Below are positions 58,810 to 64,000 of a stretch of 64,000 bases of DNA, piece by piece; the first letter of the stretch is position 1, and each line of letters begins with the position of its first letter. The notes under the pieces are model-generated. The model was given only the letters and a program-made list of their open reading frames with translations. It did not search any database and had not been told where the DNA came from. A program made the position numbers and the translations under genes. The DNA lies in assembly GCA_036229005.1 (NCBI GenBank), contig JAZAMN010000031.1, forward strand, positions 128,001-192,000, written 5' to 3'. Origin of the DNA: Myxococcota bacterium. GTDB taxonomy: Bacteria; Myxococcota_A; UBA796; CAJQPC01.

Positions 58810-59919
58810 CTATCCAGACACCCCCGACGGGATCAGGTCCACCACCAGCGCCAGGTGCGCGGAGCCCGACAGCCGCAGGGTCTGCACCCGCGCCACGCGC
58901 CAGCCCGCCCCCGCCCACGCCCGGTCCACCTGGTAGATGGGCAGCGCCGGAAGAGGCCCCAGGCGCGCCGGCCAGCTCGCGCCCCCCCCGACCCAGGCCA
59001 GCCCGCCGCCCCGCATCCGCGCCCGGGAGTTCCGGAAGGTCCCGTGGCTGTTGCTGTCCCCGACCACCACCACACCGGGCTCCTCCAGGGCCGCCGCCGT
59101 CCGCGCGAGCTGAGCGCTCGTCCCAGCCAGCGTGCCGGGCCAGTCCAGCGCCTCGCCCAACCCCCGCGGCCGGTCCGCGTGGAAGGTGATCAGCGGCAGC
59201 ATCCCCACCCCCTCGACCGTCGGGAAGCTCAGGGCCGAGAGCGCGCTGCGGTCCCCCTGAGCGGGCAGCTCCTGCACCCAGATCTCCGTCTGCTCCGCCC
59301 CACAAACCCCGAACCAGCCGTCGGTGACCAGCACCCCGGAGCCCACATCGCCCACCGCCGGGACAAAGAGGCTGCCCGTGTCCTGCTCCGGGGCGCGGGT
59401 GATGGCCTGGTGTTCCAGCTCCGCCAACGCCTGCCAGTCCAGCTCCTGGAGCACGTAGATCTGCGCGTCAAGCTCCAGCAGCGCCGGCATGGCGTCCACC
59501 AGCGCGCCCTCCGTGTTCCAGCTCACCAGGCGCAGCGGCCCCGCGGGCGCAGAGGCGTGGGACGCGCAGGAGCGCAGGGTCGGGGTCGGTCCCTCCAGCC
59601 CAAGGTCCACCGCGATGGGCGCCGCGTGGGTCCGCAGCCCGACCGCCACCGCCATCAGCCCCGAAGCGCTCGCCGTCGCGACCAGCCAACGCCGCCGGGT
59701 CAGCGCGCGCAGAAAGGCCAGCGCCAGCCCCATCCACAGCAGCGGCTCGGCCAACAGCAGCCCCAGCCCCAGCGGCGAGTCCTCTCCCCGCGCAATCACC
59801 CAACCCAGCCCCAGCGCCACGCTCAGCGTGATCCCGGCAGCCGACCGCAGCCCCAGGCGCCGCAGCAGCTCCGGTGCGGTCTCAGGCCCAGCGGGCTCCG
59901 GCGTCGGTGTGTCCAGCAG
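58810..59919 (-). CDS. Membrane-anchored EEP family protein, start uncertain
   Basis: Three TM segments then VSWN, LQE, VGDSN, QVDR and SAH; GGAGG precedes CTG codons near 59916-59919. Confidence 0.7.
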   Translation of the reverse strand: MLDTPTPEPAGPETAPELLRRLGLRSAAGITLSVALGLGWVIARGEDSPLGLGLLLAEPLLWMGLALAFLRALTRRRWLVATASASGLMAVAVGLRTHAAPIAVDLGLEGPTPTLRSCASHASAPAGPLRLVSWNTEGALVDAMPALLELDAQIYVLQELDWQALAELEHQAITRAPEQDTGSLFVPAVGDVGSGVLVTDGWFGVCGAEQTEIWVQELPAQGDRSALSALSFPTVEGVGMLPLITFHADRPRGLGEALDWPGTLAGTSAQLARTAAALEEPGVVVVGDSNSHGTFRNSRARMRGGGLAWVGGGASWPARLGPLPALPIYQVDRAWAGAGWRVARVQTLRLSGSAHLALVVDLIPSGVSG

Positions 59920-59988
59920 GGCCTCCGAGCACAGGCGGGATGCCGATAGGATAGGCCAACCGCGGTCATCCGCCCCCGAGAGCTGCCC

Positions 59989-61401
59989 ATGCCCCTGCTT
60001 CCCCTCAGCCTGCTGCTGGCCTGCCCCAAGCCCGGCGAGAGCCCCTCCGATCCCTTCGGCGGCGCGCCTCCCCCCAATCTCAGCGAGCTGGAGGACCGAG
60101 GACATCGGGCGGTCGAACACCCCGCCTCCACCTCCCCGCAGACCCTGGTGCTCGCCGGCGCGACAGTGCTCACGGCCGCCGGCGAGGTCTACGAGCCCGG
60201 CTGGGTACGCATCGACAAGGGCCGCATCCAGGACCTGGGCCCCGGCGCACCGCCATCAGGCAGCGACCCCGTGCTCGAGCTCCCCGGGCGCGTGCTCACC
60301 CCCGGACTCATCGACACCCACTCCCACATGGGCGTCTACCCCAGCCCAGGCGCCCACGCGCACAGCGACGGCAACGAGGCCACCAACCCCACCACCCCCG
60401 GCGTCTGGGCCGAGCACTCCTTCTGGCCCCAGGACCCCGACCTGGAGCTGGCCGTGGCCGGCGGCGTGACCACCATCCAGGTGCTCCCCGGCTCCGCGAA
60501 CCTCATCGGCGGGCGCGGCGTCACCCTGCACATGGTCCCCGCCCGGGGCAGCCGCGCCATGCGCTTCCCCGGCGCCCCCGACGGCGTGAAGATGGCCTGC
60601 GGCGAGAACCCCAAGCGGGTCTACGAGAGCAGCGGCCCCAGCACCCGCATGGGCAACCTGGCTGCCCAGCGCACCGCCTTCGCCCGGGCCCAGGAGCACC
60701 AGCGCGCCTGGGAGGCCTACGAGCGCGAGGTCGCCGCCTGGGACGGGGTCGGCGCCGGCCCCCAGCCCCCCAGCCGGGACCTCGCCCTGGAGACCCTGGT
60801 CGGCGTTCTGGAGGGCGAGCTGCTCGTCCACGTCCACTGCTACCGGGCCGACGACATGCTCAGCTTCATGCAGGTGGCCGACGAATTCGACTTCCAGGTG
60901 CGCAGCTTCCACCACGGCCTGGAGGCCTACAAGATCGCCGGCCTGCTGGCCGAGAGCGACATCGCCGTCTCCACCTGGGCCGACTGGTGGGGCTTCAAGA
61001 TGGAGGCCTACGACGGCATCCCCTACAACGCCGCCCTGCTCGAGGCCGCCGGCGCCCGCACCATCATCCACTCGGACTCCAGCGTGGACGTGCGCTGGCT
61101 GAACCAGGAGGCCGCCAAGGCCTGGCGCTACGCCGACGAGGCGGGCGTCCCCTTGACCCAGGACCAGGTGCTGCGCTGGCTCACCGCCAACCCCGCGTGG
61201 GCCCTGGGCATCGCCGACCAGGTGGGCACCCTGGAGCCCGGCAAGCGCGCCGACATCGTGGTCTGGGACGGCGACCCCTTCTCCGTATACACCCACGCGG
61301 AGCTCGTGTTCGCCGACGGCGGGCTGCTCTACGACCGACAGCAGACCACCGCCCCGTGGTCCGATTTCATGCTGGGCCAGGCCCTCCAGGAGCGCAAGTG
61401 A
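59989..61401 (+). CDS. Amidohydrolase family lipoprotein, imidazolonepropionase-like
   Basis: PGLIDTHSH, KMACGENPK, HVHCYR, HH, HSD, GTLEPGKRAD. Confidence 0.92.
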   Translation: MPLLPLSLLLACPKPGESPSDPFGGAPPPNLSELEDRGHRAVEHPASTSPQTLVLAGATVLTAAGEVYEPGWVRIDKGRIQDLGPGAPPSGSDPVLELPGRVLTPGLIDTHSHMGVYPSPGAHAHSDGNEATNPTTPGVWAEHSFWPQDPDLELAVAGGVTTIQVLPGSANLIGGRGVTLHMVPARGSRAMRFPGAPDGVKMACGENPKRVYESSGPSTRMGNLAAQRTAFARAQEHQRAWEAYEREVAAWDGVGAGPQPPSRDLALETLVGVLEGELLVHVHCYRADDMLSFMQVADEFDFQVRSFHHGLEAYKIAGLLAESDIAVSTWADWWGFKMEAYDGIPYNAALLEAAGARTIIHSDSSVDVRWLNQEAAKAWRYADEAGVPLTQDQVLRWLTANPAWALGIADQVGTLEPGKRADIVVWDGDPFSVYTHAELVFADGGLLYDRQQTTAPWSDFMLGQALQERK

Positions 61402-62657
61402 CCCTGCTTCTGCCCCCCCTTCTGAGCCTCGGCGCGGCCCTGATGGGCTGCCTCTCCAGCCCCACCCAAGCCCAGGAAACCCCGCAGTGCACAGAGCTCA
61501 CCGGCGCGCGCGTCTGGACCCCGAAGGGGGTGGTTCAGCAGACCGTTGTCCTCGCTGGTGAGCGCATCGTGCAGGTCGGTGAGCAGCGAGCAGCAGGCTG
61601 GGGAGGTGGGGACTGCGTGTCCGTCGACCTCTCGGCCCACCTCCTCACCCCTGGGCTCATCGACAGCCAGAGCAGCGTCGGCCTCGTCGAGGTCAGCGCG
61701 GAGCACGGCGCACACCGCTCCGGCGGCCGCCCCGCGGTCGAGGTCGTCTGGGACTACAACCCCCAGTCGGTCGTGGTCCAGTCCACCCGGCACCACGGCG
61801 TGACCGCGGCGATTCTCACCGGGCGCGGGCAGTGGTCCGGCGCGATGGGGCTCGTGGAGCTGGGCGGCGCCACCCTCAACCAGGCCGTCGTGCAGCCCGC
61901 GGTCGCCCAGGGCTTCCGGCTCGGACACCCCGCCACCGACCTCTTGACCCTCTCCGAGATCCTGGCCGACGTGGACGCCTACCGCGCCGATCCCCGGGCC
62001 CACGCGCGCGGCGAGAGCCGGGAATACCTGCTCCCCCCGGCCGATCTCCTCGCCCTGCAGCCCGTCGCCGACGGCCGCGTCCCCCTGGTCGTGACCGTGA
62101 ACAAGGCCAGCCACATCGAGGCCCTCTTGGCCTGGCACGCCGAGCACCCCAAGCTGCGGCTGGTCCTGAGCGGCGCCAGCGAGGCCTGGGTGCACGCCCA
62201 AGCCCTGGCCCAGGCCGACATCGCGGTCATCCTGAACCCCCAGGTGCAGTCGGCGGAGTCCTTCCACACGCTGCAGGGGCGCCCGGACAACGCGGCGCTG
62301 CTGGCCCAGGCGGGCGTCGCCGTCATCATCGCGAGCAGCTCCGGCCACGAAGGGCGCGAGCTCACGCAGCTCGCCGGCCTCGCGGTGCGCGCCGGGATGG
62401 ACCACAGCCAGGCGCTGGCGGCCCTCACCCAGACGCCCGCCCAGGTCTTTGGCCTGGAGGGTCAGGGCGCCCTGCGCCCCGGTGCGCGCGCAAACCTGGT
62501 GGCCTGGACCGGGGATCCCCTGGAGCTCCGGACGCGCGCCGCGGCCGTGTGGATCGCGGGCGAGCAGCAGGCTCTGGTGGGCCGCCAGGAGCTGCTGATG
62601 GAGCGCTACAGCCAGCCGGAGCCCCCCACGCTCACGCCAGTGTTTCGCGAGCCTTGA
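61398..62657 (+). CDS. Amidohydrolase family partner protein with degenerate metal site
   Basis: GTGA overlap; PGLIDSQSS replaces DxHxH; GALRPGARANLV. Confidence 0.82.
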   Translation: MTLLLPPLLSLGAALMGCLSSPTQAQETPQCTELTGARVWTPKGVVQQTVVLAGERIVQVGEQRAAGWGGGDCVSVDLSAHLLTPGLIDSQSSVGLVEVSAEHGAHRSGGRPAVEVVWDYNPQSVVVQSTRHHGVTAAILTGRGQWSGAMGLVELGGATLNQAVVQPAVAQGFRLGHPATDLLTLSEILADVDAYRADPRAHARGESREYLLPPADLLALQPVADGRVPLVVTVNKASHIEALLAWHAEHPKLRLVLSGASEAWVHAQALAQADIAVILNPQVQSAESFHTLQGRPDNAALLAQAGVAVIIASSSGHEGRELTQLAGLAVRAGMDHSQALAALTQTPAQVFGLEGQGALRPGARANLVAWTGDPLELRTRAAAVWIAGEQQALVGRQELLMERYSQPEPPTLTPVFREP

Positions 62658-62701
62658 CCCCGCGCGCGCTACACTCTGTGTGAACTTGCGCGTTGAGCAG
62701 C

Positions 62702-63631
62702 ATGAAAGACGACGCTGAGAAGACCCAGGTCCGGAAGCTGGACAGGAACATGCTGGCCGAGGGCCAGCCCAGGCACGCCTACCTGATCGTGCTCTCCGGG
62801 TCCGAGATCGGCCGCATGCTGCGCCTGAGCACCGGAAAGACCAGCATCGGCCGCTCCCGCCAGTGCACCTTCCTGCTGGAAGAAGAGGGCATCTCCCGCC
62901 TGCACGCGGAGCTGCTGATCGACAACACCGGCGCCCCCTTCATCCGCGACAACCACTCCACCAACGGCACGCTGCTCAACGGCCGCCCCGTCGGTGAGCT
63001 GCCCACGCCCGTGAACGACGGCGACCGCATCCAGATCGGCGGCGCGGTCATCCTCAAGTTCTCCTACCAGGACCACCTGGAGGAGAGCTTCCAGAAGCGC
63101 CTGTACTCCAGCGCCGTGCGCGACCCCCTGACCGGGGCCTACAACAAGCGCTACCTGACCGAGCGCCTGGAGCAGGAGTTCGCCCACGCCGAGCGCCGCG
63201 GCATGCCCCTGTCCCTGGTCGTGCTGGACCTGGACCACTTCAAGCGCATCAACGACGGCTACGGCCACGCCTGCGGCGACGAGGTCCTGCGCTCCGTCGC
63301 CCAGCACGTCGAGAAGCACCTGCGCCGCGAGGAGATCTTCGCCCGCTACGGGGGAGAAGAGTTCGTGGTGCTGATGCGCGAGACCTCGCTCGATGCCGCC
63401 ATGCGCGCCGCCGAGCGCATCCGCCGCCTGGTCGAGGGCCTGCCGATCACCTACGGCTCCCGCACCCTGAGCGTGACCGCCAGCCTGGGTGTGGCCAGCA
63501 CCGACGGCGCCTGGCACAAGAACGCCCTGCGGCTCTTCATCGCGGCCGACCGCCAGCTCTACCGGGCCAAGAACCTGGGCCGCAACACGGTCTGCGGGCC
63601 CGAGCGGGACAACGGCGGCTCCACGCTCTGA
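62702..63631 (+). CDS. FHA-domain diguanylate cyclase
   Basis: IGRS..ISRLHA..STNGT FHA motifs; DPLTG, DLDHFKRIND, RYGGEEF. Confidence 0.94.
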   Translation: MKDDAEKTQVRKLDRNMLAEGQPRHAYLIVLSGSEIGRMLRLSTGKTSIGRSRQCTFLLEEEGISRLHAELLIDNTGAPFIRDNHSTNGTLLNGRPVGELPTPVNDGDRIQIGGAVILKFSYQDHLEESFQKRLYSSAVRDPLTGAYNKRYLTERLEQEFAHAERRGMPLSLVVLDLDHFKRINDGYGHACGDEVLRSVAQHVEKHLRREEIFARYGGEEFVVLMRETSLDAAMRAAERIRRLVEGLPITYGSRTLSVTASLGVASTDGAWHKNALRLFIAADRQLYRAKNLGRNTVCGPERDNGGSTL

Positions 63632-63684
63632 GGCTCGCCGATGCGGGGGGATGAGCGGCTGGGAGCTTCAGCGGCTGCCTGGGC

Positions 63685-63999
63685 TCACCACCAGGCCTGA
63701 GAGGCCCCCCGCAGCGCCAGCAGCCGCTCTGTCTCCATCGGCGAGGTCCCCACGGCGTCCAACACCTGCTGGACGTGCTCGTCCTCGTCGAACTCACCCA
63801 GGCCGTAGCGCGCCATCAGGATGCCCCGCTGGCGGTCGAAGACCCGCCAGGTGCACATCAGCAGGACCTCGTCGGCGGACGCGAGCTTCAGGCGTTGCGC
63901 GCACTGCCCGATCGCGGCGGTGAGCTCCTGCATGTAGCCGTCCTCGACCTCCTCCGTCCCCCAGCTCGGGTCCCGGGAGTACTCGTCCTCTTCGCGCTC
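63685..63999 (-). CDS. Hypothetical protein, 5' partial
   Basis: Frame stays open upstream of ATG 63933 to the window edge. Confidence 0.5.
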   Translation of the reverse strand, partial: EREEDEYSRDPSWGTEEVEDGYMQELTAAIGQCAQRLKLASADEVLLMCTWRVFDRQRGILMARYGLGEFDEDEHVQQVLDAVGTSPMETERLLALRGASQAWW

Positions 64000-64000
64000 G

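Overview
Very GC-rich, gene-dense bacterial chromosomal segment, probably Myxococcota (inferred from MopE-type repeat lipoproteins, a MYXO-CTERM-like motif, an FHA-GGDEF protein and several ECF sigma factors). It holds about 58 CDSs. Housekeeping and metabolic genes include nadE, ppk2, glgC-glgA, map, a LOG enzyme, a dihydrolipoamide-dehydrogenase-like flavoprotein, a tandem FKBP, MATE and MFS transporters. There are also many envelope or surface proteins. I see no rRNA, tRNA, CRISPR array, transposase or phage genes. Most notable: (1) an ECF sigma/anti-sigma pair in which the same promoter-like motif GGAACCG-N14-CCGTGTA lies before the sigma gene and again inside the anti-sigma gene, directly ahead of a strong SD and in-frame ATG, suggesting a nested sigma-driven isoform; (2) a lipoprotein BCP-type peroxiredoxin whose peroxidatic Cys codon is an in-frame TGA followed by a SECIS-like hairpin, i.e. 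a probable selenoprotein that the ORF track splits in two; (3) a large surface protein with an internal CTERM-like anchor fused in frame to a second signal peptide and a TraB-like barrel/TSP3/OmpA module; (4) many very short, uncharged lipoprotein signal peptides; (5) a mirror-symmetric array of 31-bp-period repeats at 26170-26425; (6) a TonB-dependent metal-uptake operon preceded by a Fur-family box. All calls come from reading motifs by eye; no searches were run.
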